A DNA stretch of 64,000 nucleotides from the human T2T-CHM13v2.0 reference genome, Homo sapiens. The DNA lies in the NCBI RefSeq assembly GCF_009914755.1, contig NC_060938.1; one strand, written 5' to 3'. Shown here in pieces: positions 40,950 to 55,827 of the stretch. The translations under genes were made by a program, and so were the position numbers. The notes beneath the pieces are model-generated. The model was not told where the DNA came from. It searched no databases and saw only the letters and a program-made list of their open reading frames with translations. Position 1 is the stretch's first letter. Each line of letters starts with the position of its first letter.

Positions 40950-41202
40950 ATGATCACAGCTCACCTCAGCCTTGACCTTCTGGACTCAATCAATCCTCCC
41001 ATCTCAGCCTCCCAAGTAGCTGGGACTACAGGAGCATGCCGCCACACCTGGCTAATTTTTGTTTGTTTGTTTGTTTGTTCTTTGTAGAGACGGGGTCTAA
41101 CCATGTTGCCCAGCCTGGTCTCAAACTCCTGAGCTCAGGCGATCCTCCTGCCTCAGCTGCTCAAAGTGCTGGGATTGTAGGCATCAGCCACCATGCCTGG
41201 CC
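40950..41202 (-). mobile_element. AluJ, antisense, partial
   Basis: Reverse Alu consensus. Confidence 0.85.
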
Positions 41203-41477
41203 CTAATAACTATTAAAGGAATTGAATTTGTGATTTAAAAACTCTTCCCCAAAAAAACGATGCCCAGGTAAATACAACTTCACTGGTGACTTCTATTAAA
41301 CATTTAAGAAGTAGATAGTACCAGTCCTACACAAATTTTTTCAGGAAGTACAGAAGGAAGAAATACTTTCTAACTCATTTTGTGAGGCCTTAATACCAAA
41401 ATCAAAGACATTACAGGAAAAAGAAACTATAAACCAAATGCCTTAGAAAACTACACAAAATCCTAGATAAATATTAG

Positions 41478-41567
41478 CCACTTTGGGAGGCCAAAGTGGG
41501 CCGATCACTTGAGCCTAGGAGTTTGAGGTCAGCCTGAGCAAAATGGTGAAATCCCATCTCTACCAAA

Positions 41568-41606
<39 letters not shown>

Positions 41607-41800
41607 AACACACACACACACACACACACACAAATTAGCTGAGCGTGGTGACACACGCCTGTTGTCCCAGCTACTCAAGAGGCTGAGGTGGGAGGATCAC
41701 TTGAGCCCAGGAGGCAGAGGTTGCGGTCAGCTGAGATAGCACCACTGCACTTCAGGTTAGGCAACTGAGCAAGATCCCATCTCAGAAATAAATAAGTAAA
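41478..41800 (+). mobile_element. Alu with a (TA)n(CA)n microsatellite in the central A-rich linker
   Basis: Alu arms flank 41577-41632 (tata...caca). Confidence 0.88.
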
Positions 41801-42464
41801 TACACATTAGCAAACTGAATCTAGCAATACATACAAATGATAATACATCATAACCAAATAGGGTTTGTCCCAGAAATGAAAAGTTGGTTTCAGATTTAAA
41901 AATCAATCAATATAGTTCACTATCTTCACAGAATAAAGGAGTCAAACTATATGATCATCTCAGTAAATGCAGAAAAAGTATTGAAATATTCAACACTTAT
42001 TCATGATTAAAAACTCAGCAAACTATGAATAGAAGGGAACTTCCCCATCCTGATAGAGGGTATCTAGAGAAAACCATAGCTAGCGTCATACTTAATGTCA
42101 AAAGACTGTGTGCTTTTCTTCTAAGGTTCGGATCAAGGCAAGAATGTTGACTACAACTGAATATATGCATCCCCTATAATTTGCTCCTCAGCAGAAATGT
42201 GAACATACTGGTACCAGAAGATATGTTGAAGATTGTTCATAACTGTGTTATTTATTATAGCCCCAAACTAGAAACAACTCAAATGTCTATGAATAATAGA
42301 ATGGGTACATAAATCATGGCATGGTCATACAATGGAATGCTATAGATCAGTGAGAAAACGTGACCACTGCTACATGCAACAACACGGATAAAGTTCATGA
42401 AGCCAGATACAAATACCTACATACTATCTGCTCATTTACACAAAGCTCAAAAACAAGAAAACTA

Positions 42465-42740
42465 GGCTGGGTGCAGGGGCTCACACCTGTAATCCCAGCA
42501 CTTTGGGAGGCCAAAGCAAGAGGATCACTTGAGCCCAGGAGTTTGAGACCAGCCTGAGCAACATGGCAAGACGAAATATAAAAAAATTAGCCGGCATGGT
42601 GGTGCATGCCTGTAGTCCCAACTGAGGTGGGAGGATCACTTGAGCCTGGGAAGTCAAGGCTGCAGTGAGCCATGATTGTACTGCATTTCATCCTGGGTGA
42701 CAGAGCAAGACTCTGTCTCAAAAAAAAAAAAAAAAAAAAA
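42465..42740 (+). mobile_element. AluJ
   Basis: Diverged Alu consensus. Confidence 0.85.
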
Positions 42741-43170
42741 CAAGCAAAATAGGTCATGGTGATAGAAATCAGGAAAGAGGTAACATCTGAGGGACAGCAA
42801 TGACTAGATGGGGCTATGAGGGAGCTTCTGGGATGCCAATAATTTTCTATTTATTAATATATGTGGTGGTTACACAAGTGGACTGGCTTTCAAGAAACTC
42901 ATTAAGTTGTATGGTATGGATTGTGTATGTTCTTCTATGTTCGTTACACTTCAATTTTTTAAATTACTTTAAAAATTATGGTGCATCCACAATATAAAAT
43001 GCCACATAGCATTCTTTAATAAGATAACTCTCTGTGTATATACTAATTATTAAAATCTCTTCAAATCACTTTAAGGGAAATTTTTTATATATAAGATATA
43101 AATTATAAAAATATATAATTTTTTATAACATGATATTAAATAGTCTATTTATTATACATTTAAGAGAGTG

Positions 43171-43911
43171 TGTCTTAGTCCATTTTCTGTTGCTTATAAC
43201 AGAACATCTAAAACTGGATAATTTATAAAGAAAATGAATTTATTTCTTAATAATTATGGAGGCTGGGAAGTCCAAGAACAACGGGCTGTATCTGGTGAGG
43301 GCCTTCTTGCTGGTGCAGACTTTCTGCAGAGTTCCAAGGTGGCACAAACATCGCATGGAGAGGGGCTGAGCATGCGAGCTCAGGTCTCTCTTCCCCTCCT
43401 TTTTTTTTTTTTTTCTTTCTTTTTTTTTTTGAGACAGGGTCTTGCTCTGTAACCCAGGCTGGAGTGCAGCAGTGCCATTTCAGCTTACCACAACCTCCAC
43501 CTCTTGGGTTCAAGCGATTCTCATGCTTCAGCCTCCCACATAGCTGGGACTACAGGTGCATACCACCACGCCCAGCTAGTTTTTGTATTTTTAGTAGAGA
43601 TGTGGTTTCACTATGTTGGCCAGGCTGGTTTTGAACTCCTGGCCCCAAGTGATATGCCCGCCTCAGCCTCCAAAAGTGCTGAGATTATAGATATGAGCCA
43701 CCGTACCCAGCCTCTCCTCCTCTTTTATGAAGCCACCAGTCCCATTCCCATGCTAACCCATTCATTAATTCATGGATGGACAAATCAGTTCATGAGAGCA
43801 GAGCCCCTCATGACCCAATCATCTTTTAAAGGCCCCACCTCTCAATATTGTCACATTGGGGATTAAGTTTCAATATTAGTTTCGGAGGGGACAAATATTC
43901 AAACCACAGCA
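43171..43911 (-). mobile_element. MST/MLT1A LTR interrupted by an antisense Alu (43400-43712)
   Basis: tgtcttagtccattttctgttgcttataacagaa...ggaggggacaaatattcaaaccacagca, with an Alu body inside. Confidence 0.82.
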
Positions 43912-44888
43912 GAGAGAGAGAGCAAAAGTGTATACATACATTTTAGATGGATAGATAGATACTAAGTTGATAGTTTTGAATGAATTGCCAACACATAATA
44001 AACGAAATTCTAAAGTGAGAGTGCTGACCAAGATGAAAATTTTCAAAGGAAGTATTTTAATCAGTGGCATATTGAGAGTGGGCTTGTGAGAGTAGTGTAC
44101 CCTGTGTGCAGGAAGTTGTCTATAGATAATTTTAAAACAATAATAAAACTAACTAAAAGTGGATCTGCTTTTTATTAATATCATGCATTGGCAATTCTAA
44201 ATAATGCCAGTGATAAGATATTTCTCTAGGAAAAAAAATTTTTGTTTATTTAAGTACTACATAATTACTGTTATTACAGTTGAATTTTACTAATATGTAT
44301 GCAAGTTTCAAATTAGCACATTTTTATTACTTATCCTTTATTAAATATTGTATCTTACATGGAAGTTAATATAAAGAACTTCTAGTTAAGTGATTTGCAC
44401 CCAAAATACATTAGCTCAATTACAGTGTTTATTTAGATGGCAATTTTATAGTGGCTGGAAATCATTCAAGTTTGCAAGCTGAGAGGTGTAGTATTTTGTT
44501 TGATAAGTGCAAATTTTCATTCATAAATTTAAAAATTTACTAAATTTAAATATATTTAACATTAAATTTATTTTTTAAATTGTTTTAGAGCTAAAAAATG
44601 AAGAAAATAATAATTACTGATACTGAAAATAATTTTGTCATATTGAGGAGGGGAAGTGTTTAAAATGATCTGCTTCAGGTCTCTACTGCCTACTTCACAA
44701 AGATGCTGTAAAGATTAAATGAGATAATGCATATAAATTTCATTGCATAGCATCTAGTGTATAGTCGATGCTCAATGCATGGTAGCCTTTGTTATTAACA
44801 TTCATAAGCAGTTGGTCCCCTACCCACCTTCCTCAACCACTTGTCCCTCTATTTCCAGATTTTGTTGGGCAAGTTGAGAGTCAAAGTC

Positions 44889-45724
44889 TGATATAGTTTA
44901 GATATTTGTCCCAGCCCAAATCTCCTGCTGAATTGTAATTCCCACTGCTGGAGGTGGGGCCTGGTGGGAGATGTTTAGATCATGGGGGTGGATCCCTCAT
45001 GGCTTGAGATGCTGTCTTCATGATAGTGAGTTCTCACAAGATCTGGTCATTTAAAAGTGTGTGGCACCCTGCCCCTCCAACTCTCTCTGTCTCTCGCTCG
45101 CTCCTGCTCTGCCATGTGAAATGCCTGCTCCCCCTTTGCCTCTTGTCATGAGTGGAAGCTTTCTGAGGCCTCCCCAGAAGCAGATGCCACCATGCTTCCT
45201 GTAAAGCAGTGGTCCCCAACCTTTTTAGCACCAGGGACCAGTTTTGTAGAAGACAATATTTCCATGGATAAGGTGTGGGGCAGATGGTTTCAAGCGCATG
45301 ACGTTAATTGTGCATTTTATTTCTATTATCATTACATAATCACCATAATGTAGAATCAGAGGGAGTCCTGAGCTTGTTTTCCTGCAACTAGATGGTCCCA
45401 TCTGGGAGTGATGGGAGATAGCAACAGATCATCAGGCATTAGATTCTCATAAGGAGTGCACAACCTAGATCTCTTGCAAGCACAGTTCACAATAGGGTTC
45501 TCATTCCTGTGAGAGTCTAATGCTGCTGCTGATCTGACAGGACTGGGAGTTCAGCTCACCTCCTGCTGTGTGGCCCAGTTCCTAACAGGCCATGGACCAG
45601 CACAGGGGTTTGGGGACCCCTGCTGTAAAGCATTGCAGAACCATGAGCCAATTAAAACTCTTTTCTTTATAAATTACTCAGTCTCAGGCATTTCTTTATA
45701 GCAATGCAAGAACAACCTAATACA
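44889..45724 (+). mobile_element. MST-family LTR interrupted by MER1
   Basis: tgatatagtttagatatttgtcccagcccaaatctc ... gcaatgcaagaacaacctaataca. Confidence 0.85.
45207..45622. mobile_element. MER1 (MER1A-like, hAT-Charlie) DNA transposon with TIRs and a perfect 8-bp TSD
   Basis: TIRs CAGTGGTCCCCAA...TTGGGGACCCCTG; TSD CTGTAAAG at 45199-45206 and 45623-45630. Confidence 0.9.
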
Positions 45725-46428
45725 AAGTATCAACTACATGCTAAGCCCTATAGTTTGTGTTTGATATGCATTATCTAATTTATTTCTCACAAAAACCTGA
45801 TAAGCACTATTTTTATCCCTACCTGACATATTATAAAACTACCCTCAGAGAGTCGAAGTAACTTTCTCAAACTCATTCAGCTGATAAATGGAAGTTTTAT
45901 AATCTAAACCTAAGTTTTTCTGATATGAATCCTCAGTCTTTCTATATCATCATTCTGCAAGTTGTATGCACCATCATCATCATCATCATCATCCTCATCC
46001 ATCGCTATCACTTACGAGCACCCATTCTATATACATGCACCAGGTATTATGCATATGACTATATATGACTTTGTTCTACAGAGTTGATATAAAGCAATTT
46101 TTGCACATATAGTTACCACTTTTCTTAGTCCTTCATTCCTTCCTGCACTTCATGCCTTCCATCTGGGATGATTTTCCATCTATTTAAAGCATATTCTTTA
46201 AAATTCCTTTACTGAGAGTCCATTGGTGGTAAATTTTCTGTTTTTGTCTATGTGAAAATGACTGAATTTAATCTTCATTTTGCAATATATTTTTGCTGAG
46301 TACAGAATTGCAGGTTGCCAGTGATTTTTTTCTCAGCGCATTGAAAATATCATTCCATGGTCTTCTGGCTGACTCCTTTTGGTTTTGCACAAAAGTCAAC
46401 TGTCAGCCTGTCCCTCTTCAATGTATGA

Positions 46429-46798
<370 letters not shown>

Positions 46799-47714
46799 CT
46801 ATGTTTTTTCTTTTAACTTAACTTGGAACGTATCGGGCCTCTGAGGATTGTTCTTTCTTCAATTCTGAAAAGTTCTCAGCTGTTATCTGCTCACGTTATT
46901 GGCTTTGCCCTACCACATACCTCCATCTCCCTTCTTTCCTCCCACTCTTTTCTTTTCTTCTAACCTCTCCTTTTGCAGCTGTGATTAGACTACAGTTAAA
47001 CTTCTCACTCAGTCTTTTAGATATCTTAACCTCTTGTCCATATTTGCCATATCTTTGTCTCTTTGGGCTGATTTTAAATAATTTTCTTATTTCTGTCTTC
47101 AAATTCACTAATTCTCTCTTAAGCTTTGTCCAAACTACTATTAAATCTGTCCATTGAATTTTTAGCTCCAGTTATTCTTTTCATTTCTAGTTCATTTGCT
47201 AATCTACTTACTTCTTACTCATCTTAAGCCTCCTGTTTTAATTATATTAAACATATTATAATTTTTTCATTCTTTGTATAATAATCCTAATATCTGAAGT
47301 TCTTGTAAGTCTGACTACATAGTGTCTCATTCTACTTTCTCTCTTTCTCTCTCTTTCTCCCCCATTTCCTTCTTTGACTAGTGGTTTTACATAGGAATTG
47401 CTTATTTTCTATGGAACTTTAACTGTAGAAAGTTTTTAAAGCCTGGGATAAAGGTGGCTTCCTCCAGAGAGAATTTGTGTTCTTTTCTGTTGAGCACCTG
47501 GGATGTTTACCCACATGTGGTAACTTTAAGCTAAAGTCTTGGCTTGAAGTTCTTAGGGCTCCCAGGTTGTGTGAATTCAGGCTACAAATTGGCCTTAGGC
47601 ACAAATTCTTGGAGGTGGTTTTATTTTCCCTTTCCCCCAGCATCAAGCTTCAAGACAGGCAGTTTTCTTTGCAGTCCCAAGAAGAGGGCATCAGCTTCTA
47701 GTTCACTCTTGTAT

Positions 47715-47754
47715 GGAGGTCTACCCCTGGCTCACGGAGGTCTACCCCTGGCTC
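47715..47754. repeat. Direct duplication with 21-bp period (ggaggtctacccctggctc x2)
   Basis: Read directly. Confidence 0.9.
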
Positions 47755-48630
47755 CATGTTGGATTTTCCACTTGGGCAGGTCCTGTTGTGCCGTCTTACT
47801 CCCTATCCTCAGGACATGTGAAATCAATGCTCAGGTTGCCCTGGTTCACCAAGTACCTCCAAATCAAAAGCTGGCTTCAGTCCGCTGCCGACCTTTCTGA
47901 GTGTCTGTCTTCGCCTGCTCCCTGTACTGAGTATGCCTTACTGTCTTGTCAGCTATGGATACTTTTAAGAGTTTTTCAGTCTAAGATTTTTAGTTGTTTC
48001 CAGTAGGATGGTTATCTACCTGGTCCACAGTGTTGCCAGCAACGGAAGTGCCGGGGCCTCAATTTTCCCAACCTCAAAATGGGCTTCTGCCCCCCCAGGG
48101 GTATTAAGGGGACCAAATGAGCTAACAGTTTTGAAAATCACACTTGGACTTGGTGCTGTAAGAGGGAAAGTGCATAGCCAGACACCCTCTAGCCCTTGCC
48201 TCCCCAGGAGACAAAGAGGAGAGTTTTGTGATGGTTTTGTTGTGAGAAACGGGTCAAATGCCTTCAGGAAGCAGTGGAAATACACACAGAGGTCCACAAT
48301 CCAGGGCTTCCATGGCTCCAACTCCAAGAAAAGGCAGTCACTTGTTGGCACCACACGGAGCCTTTTCATTGTCCACTCACCTCTGGCATCTTAGTGCAGG
48401 ACACCCCATCCCCTGCAAGCAATGAGCTTTGGAGCACAGGCTTCAGAGCAAGGCAGATGTGAGCCGCGCCTTGAAGGGGGATTCAGATGGGGTTAGGGAG
48501 AGAGTAGGGGACAGTGTCCCAGGCAGAGGGGAAGGCAGGAATGAAAGAGGCCTGCAAGATGTGCCGCCCTGGTGTGGTGTGCTCCCTGGTGTGGTGCGGC
48601 AGTGACAGGCACACCTAGAAAGTTAGGTTG

Positions 48631-49038
<408 letters not shown>

Positions 49039-51074
49039 TCAGGCAAACTGAGGCAGACACTGTCTGCTTCACTCATTCATTTATGTCCAATGCCCAGCAC
49101 ATTGCAGGCACTCAATGAACACCTGGTGAATAAATAAATGAAGGAAGCCTATGGGCCTGGCCTCTTTAAATTGAGGAATCCAGATAATACATCTCTGTTA
49201 GTTTAGTCTGGACATATTTGGACAGGACATTAAATAATTTTAATAAAAATTACCAAGCACACATCCAGTGGTTCCCTGCACCACTCATGCTGTTGTTGAC
49301 TAGTCCCTGGCAATCCCGCAGTTTCCTTCTTGTCCTTGAAGAGCTTCTCCAGACATTCTGTGCGATTCCCTAGATATCTTGTTACTTTCCTAACAAGTCT
49401 CACTTTCATGCTGCCTTTTTCAGCCCAACACAGCTTCCCCAAGTCAATTGTCTTTGAGGAGCACAGCCCACCCTTAACCATAGAGATGAGCTCAAGACCC
49501 AGACTGAGGCTTCTGATCGTGGTGATTGGTCCAGATGTGGCCACAGGATGCAAGGAGCCAGTTGGATCCTTCTCCAGAATGTTTTCTAGGTGGAGCTGGT
49601 GGAGAAGAGTCAACTTTCTACTCAAGTCATGAAGCTGGAAGGGGATGATTCTGGAGCTGCCTGGGGCTGTAAACTCCAACCCTCCCCCGCCACCAACCCC
49701 CCAACCCATTCCGCACAAAAAGGCAGCATGCAGAGAGGAACAGAGATTAAGAACATGGGGAGAGAGAGAGAGAGAAAGAGAGAAGATTCAATGTTGCCCA
49801 GTGTCCCATGCCCAGGTGTACCCGAAGTCAACTTTACCCCTGACTCAGAGGGTGTTTTATCACTTGAACCAATAAATGATACTCTTTTTCTCCTTAAGCC
49901 AATTTAAGTTGAGAGTCTGTCATTTGTGATCAAAAGGATTTTAGCTAATTCAGGAAATTCTGCATGATGTGTTACTTTGAGGATATTTATTCACTTATTC
50001 ATGTATTTATTCAACCAGTTGCAGACTAAATGTGGACAGTTTTGCACAAATTTCCCCAGGCAACTAGTAGCACAGAATTTTTCCAGACATCATCTCTACC
50101 ACCCTCCTTCCACCTGCCTTCCTTCCAACTATTGGGACCTCTGGCCAGGCACTCTGGCCTCCAAGTGACTGTGAGATGATGAGATAGGATAATTGTGCCA
50201 CCAAGCAGTGCTGAGCTTTTCCAGGCTCTGAATGCACCCCGCCACACACACACAAACACACACTCTCTCTGTGTCTCCCTCTCTCTCTCTCTCCACTAGG
50301 CGGTGGCATCTTGCCCCCTGGAGATGCCTGGAGCTCCACTAAAGGTGTGAGGCCAACCTCTCCAAGCCCACCTAGCATGCATCTTCATGACGGTGGGCTT
50401 ATCACTCCCCCTCACTGAAACCTGAAGACGCCAAGGCTCAGAGAGGCTTAGGATGTGCCCGTATTCACACAGCTCCCAGGCGGTGGAGCTAGAAACCGCC
50501 CAGGTTTCCCAAGCACATTTGGGGTCATCTATCGACTGTAAGGTTCGTGAGTGAGGATGAACAGAGATGACCTGGTTGCAGGCAGTGTGAGCTCTGCTGT
50601 TTCCTGCTGGGTGGTCTCAGGGAATTATTCAACCTGTCTGAGCCTCTGTTTTTACCTCTTTAGACCACAGCGTTGGTCAGTGCCTGGTGACATTAACTAT
50701 TATTATTTGTACAGAATGGAGAACAGATTAGTGGGCTGGGGGAGGTGGAGGAAAGCAGAAGGGCATGGTATGAAGGGGCAGCCCCTGTGCCATAGGAAAG
50801 AGTTCGGCATCTTGATTGTGGTGGGGGGTTACATAAATCTATATGTGTGATAAAATGTCATCAAATTATACACAAAGTCATACCAGAAAAGAAGTGCACG
50901 CAAAAAGTGTGAAATCCGAGTTAAGGTCTGACTAGACTACAAGTCTAGTTCATTGTATTGTACCAGTCAGTATCCTGGTTTTGGTAATGTACACAATTAT
51001 GCAAGATGTCACCGCGGGGGGAAGCTGGGGATGAGTAAATGGGACCTCTCTCCTATTTTTGCAACTTCCTGTGA

Positions 51075-51395
<321 letters not shown>

Positions 51396-54300
51396 TATCT
51401 TAAATACATTTTTTTTAAATAAAATACAGGCCATAAAAAAAACCCAGAAATACAAGGAGTGTCTGTGGCTTTGTTGCTGTAGATAACTTGCAATTTTCAC
51501 ATATCACTCCTTTGAAATTGCAGTAGTCGGTAGACTTGTGGCTAGAACTTGTTATTTAATTCACTCGCAAAGGAACACATGTATTATCTCAAATTTGTTT
51601 TTAAATATTTTGATCGCTGTATTTCAATATAATTAGTTTCCTTTGTGATCTTCTGGTTTTATTTAATGCATTAAAAAAACATTCTGAAAAGAGGGTCCTT
51701 CAACGTCCTCAGGTCCACAGGACAGGAAGGATTCATAACCCTGTCCTGGAGTGCAGATGTAAGCGAAGCACCCTGATCCAGATGAGGAAACTGAGGTTCA
51801 GGAAGGAGGTTAATGGCCCCTGGAGGACTCTGATTCCCAGACTCCCTCGGAAGAAATATATGTCTTCCAGAAGAAAGAGAAAGCTCCTCCCCATTGCTGC
51901 CAGCCACCTCTGGGTGGCTGTTTACTCTGCCAGGTGGGGTCCCTCCCAGGGTCCACTCTGAGGCCGCATGGTGGCCTTTGAGACGGAGAACAATGCCACA
52001 TTGTGGCCCTGGCTTCAGATAAAAGAGAAACTTGGCCCAACTGCCCAGGCAAGAGCGACTGTCCCCTTAATATTAATGCAGGGAGGGCGTGCCCTCGTCC
52101 ACACCCTCACCACTCTCGCCGTTGTGGCGGTTGTGGGGAGTGTGATCCCACTGCCTTCTAATGGGTGGTCAAAGGCCAGCGCGCCAGGCACTTTTATTGT
52201 CAGCCGCCTCAGTAATCTTTAACCTCTGCTGGCCAAAGGGCTGAAACCCAGAAAGACAAAACAAACATGGGTTGGGCACCAGAGAAGAGTGACTCAAGTG
52301 AACCAAGGCTGGAGGGAGCTAGTTCACCCCTTCATCCCTGCCAAGCCTTCCGACACCTCTAAGCCCACAATGCTGGTCAGAAGGTAGGCAACACATGCCC
52401 AAGGCCCACCCACCACGATGCCATTAGCACAACTCCCTTGGTGGTGGAGGGGGTAGGACCCCTGGGTTCGGGGAAAGAGGGCGGATACACTCCAGCCATA
52501 CTCACCCCTGGTCTGTGGCCAAGGCCAGGCCTGCTCCAGGAGAAACCACTTCTGCGTGGGTCAGCCAAGAAGGAAAAGGGGCCCAGAGGGGTAGTGGAGT
52601 GCATGGTCTGGGGCATCAGACAGGCCCAGGGCCAAGACTGATCCCACTGCACCGTTCATCTGATTGCCCTCCTGGGGCCTCAGTTTCCTCACCTGTGAAA
52701 TGGGGATGCTGATGACTCCTTTCAGTGTCATTGCCAGCCGCTGCCACTTGCTGATCACTTGCCACTAGCAAGAACGTACCTTTCTTCAATTCCCCCAACA
52801 CCTGAGAAGTGGGTGTCACTGTCCTCATTTAAACAGCAAACCAGAGAGAAGTGGACTGGCCCAATGGAGACACAGAGATCTGAACCCAAATCTCCATGAT
52901 TCCAAAGCTTTCCTCTCTCCACCTGGCTGCATGTGGAGAGCCCTTTCAGCAAACAGGTGCTGATCCCACTCATGGTGGCCGTGAGGATCGTGGCTCCATT
53001 TGGCAGTTGAGGACACTGAGGCTCCACCCCCATGCGAGGGAAGAGTGGGTTCTGGTTGAAACCTGATTCATTTGATCACAAGACCTGTGAAGTTTCCAGT
53101 GCATCCTGCTTGCTCTTAAACTGAGGAGGGCTGTCCACATTCATAGGCAACTATTCTTGTCACCAGCATGGGAAGGTTTAAACAGAACCAGGACCTGAAC
53201 CCATTTTAAGGTGCAAAGACAGAGACCCAGGAGTCCCTAAATGGTCCCAGGTGACTCAGAGGTGCCTGTGCCCATCAACTGCCTCACTCTCTGATCACAG
53301 CAGTTGTCACCGTACAGAAGAAGAACAGATCAGGAGGAATGGAGCCAATCCAACCCCATGCCCACCTCCCGAGGCACTGGCTTGTGGACAGGGGGAAATG
53401 CGTTTGAGGTCGACAAGGATGGGATGAGTCTGGATCCGATTAGCCTTCCAATCCCTTTCCTCCACATCACTGGGCAGCCATGGGTCTCTGCTGGCAGAAT
53501 TTCTCCCTCTCTGGCCATACAGGGTTGGGGCCCCAGCCAAGCCCTCACTAGCCCTGCTGATAAAGTTACCTTCCGGGCCTGGGGCAGAGGGTCAGGAAAA
53601 GCCAGCAGCAGTTTGAAGAAGGTTATGGTCTTAGGGACCTGCACAAGGGTGGGGCATGGGGAGGGGGAAAGATAAGAGTGGACAATAAAAGATAGGCAGA
53701 AAGAGACAGTGAGGGGGAGCTGGCATGGAAACCTGGCCCCTGTGGTGCCATTTCTTAATAACCCATACAGGGCATGAGAGCCTTATCACGCCCTCCCAAT
53801 CTGTAAATGATCATCCAGAGTCCACCAGTGGCCCCTGAAACGACAGCTGTGCTGGCCACACAATGGGAACTGAGCCAGGGATGGAGAGGCAGGGAAGCTG
53901 GGTTCCTGGCCAGGAGGTCCTGAGCTGGCAGCTGCTGAGTGACAGGACCCTGGATGTTTCCTGCAAAGTGTGTTCTCTTCTAGGCCAAGGCAGCCTCTGT
54001 CCAGGTGCGGGAGAGAAGCTGTCACCTCCCGGGCAGGTGACAGTCCAAGGCAATGCAGGCTGTCAGGGGTTATTCCTTGTAGCTTAAAATGTCACTGCAC
54101 CACAAGGTTTCACATGCCATGGGACAGTGCTCTGTGCACCTCTGTGAATAACTCAACTGCAGCCCAAACAGCCATGGCACACAGTAGGTGTGCGCTAAAT
54201 GGTGGCTACTGTGATCATTCATTGCGCTCCTTGCAGTGGGCCTGTAGGATGTGTCTCTTGGGGGCACGGTGAGAATGCATCTGGTGGGCCCCTGACCTCC

Positions 54301-55073
54301 AGGGGCTCATTCGACCTATGGCTTCCTGCCCCTGCTGTGCTCTGAAATCCATCACCGCATTCTTGACAAGGCCAAGACCTGGCTTCCCACAGGCCACTCC
54401 CAGCCAAGGGCCAAGCACACCCCGTCTTTGTGCTCACCCTGGAGCCCCGCAGGCCTGGCTGCCTCTCCCCAGGGTCTTCCTGAAATATGTGAGAATGTCG
54501 CAGATACGGAGTGAGGCTTCTCTTGGCACCCTGGAACTGGCAGCCAGGGCCCAAAGCCACCTGAGGGGATTCTCTGTGTGCCACGACCTCCTCGTCCCAT
54601 GGTTCATTCTCTGCCCTTCTCTGTCCTGCCTAAGGCCCAGGGACAGACCTCACTCACGGCCTATACCACCTGGGGGACTCAGCCCTCTGGCTCCTGTCAG
54701 GCCCAGAGATGGGAAGCCCAGACTGGAGATGGGCAGAGAGAGAGGTCTGGGTATTTCTCCCCTGCTCCCTCCTTGGCTCAGCACCAAGATCCTCACAATG
54801 GCCTTGTCCTGTGACTCCAGCCTGTGTCGGGCCCCCTCCGGGTCTCCCTGGACTCTCCGTGCCTTCAGGCTGAGGGTCTCACAGCTTCCCACTGCAGCTG
54901 GCCCCTGGGTGAGGCCAGCTTTAAACCCGCTCCCACCTCTGCAAAAAGTCCCTGTGTTATACTCCCTTCTTGTGTGGGATTTTGTTCAAGGCAGGATCCG
55001 AACTGGTAGAACCACCATGATGAGGTGGCTCTGCATGTCTCCAAACCTCAGTTTCCTCATCTATAAAATCATA

Positions 55074-55487
<414 letters not shown>

Positions 55488-55714
55488 CTAGCGTCTAGAC
55501 AAAGCCTGGCATAGGAGGGAAGTCCTGGGAAGTGTTTTCTTAGCAAATGAATACAGTTATTCTACTTTACTTAATAATGTTTGACTTGTGATTTTTAAAT
55601 AAAAGGTCAAAACATACAGATGAATTGCATCTTGTGGAAACCCAAATTTTAAGGGTTCCCTGCAGCATGGCGTGACAACGTGGAGTCTCAGTGAACCCAC
55701 AGCACTGGTATTCA

Positions 55715-55726
55715 GGGAAATTCCCC
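55715..55726. promoter_or_regulatory. Canonical NF-kB site (GGGAAATTCC / GGGGAATTTCCC)
   Basis: Exact match to GGGRNWYYCC. Confidence 0.55.
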
Positions 55727-55808
55727 TCCCTGCCCATTTTAAAACCCATGCAGAAAGCACCTAGCTCAATGTGGGTGTGGCCGAGGGCACTGCAAACTCT
55801 TCCTGCTC

Positions 55809-55827
55809 TCGCCACCAGGGGGCGCCA
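55809..55827 (+). promoter_or_regulatory. Consensus CTCF binding site
   Basis: TCGCCACCAGGGGGCGCCA contains the full core CCACCAGGGGGCGC. Confidence 0.85.
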
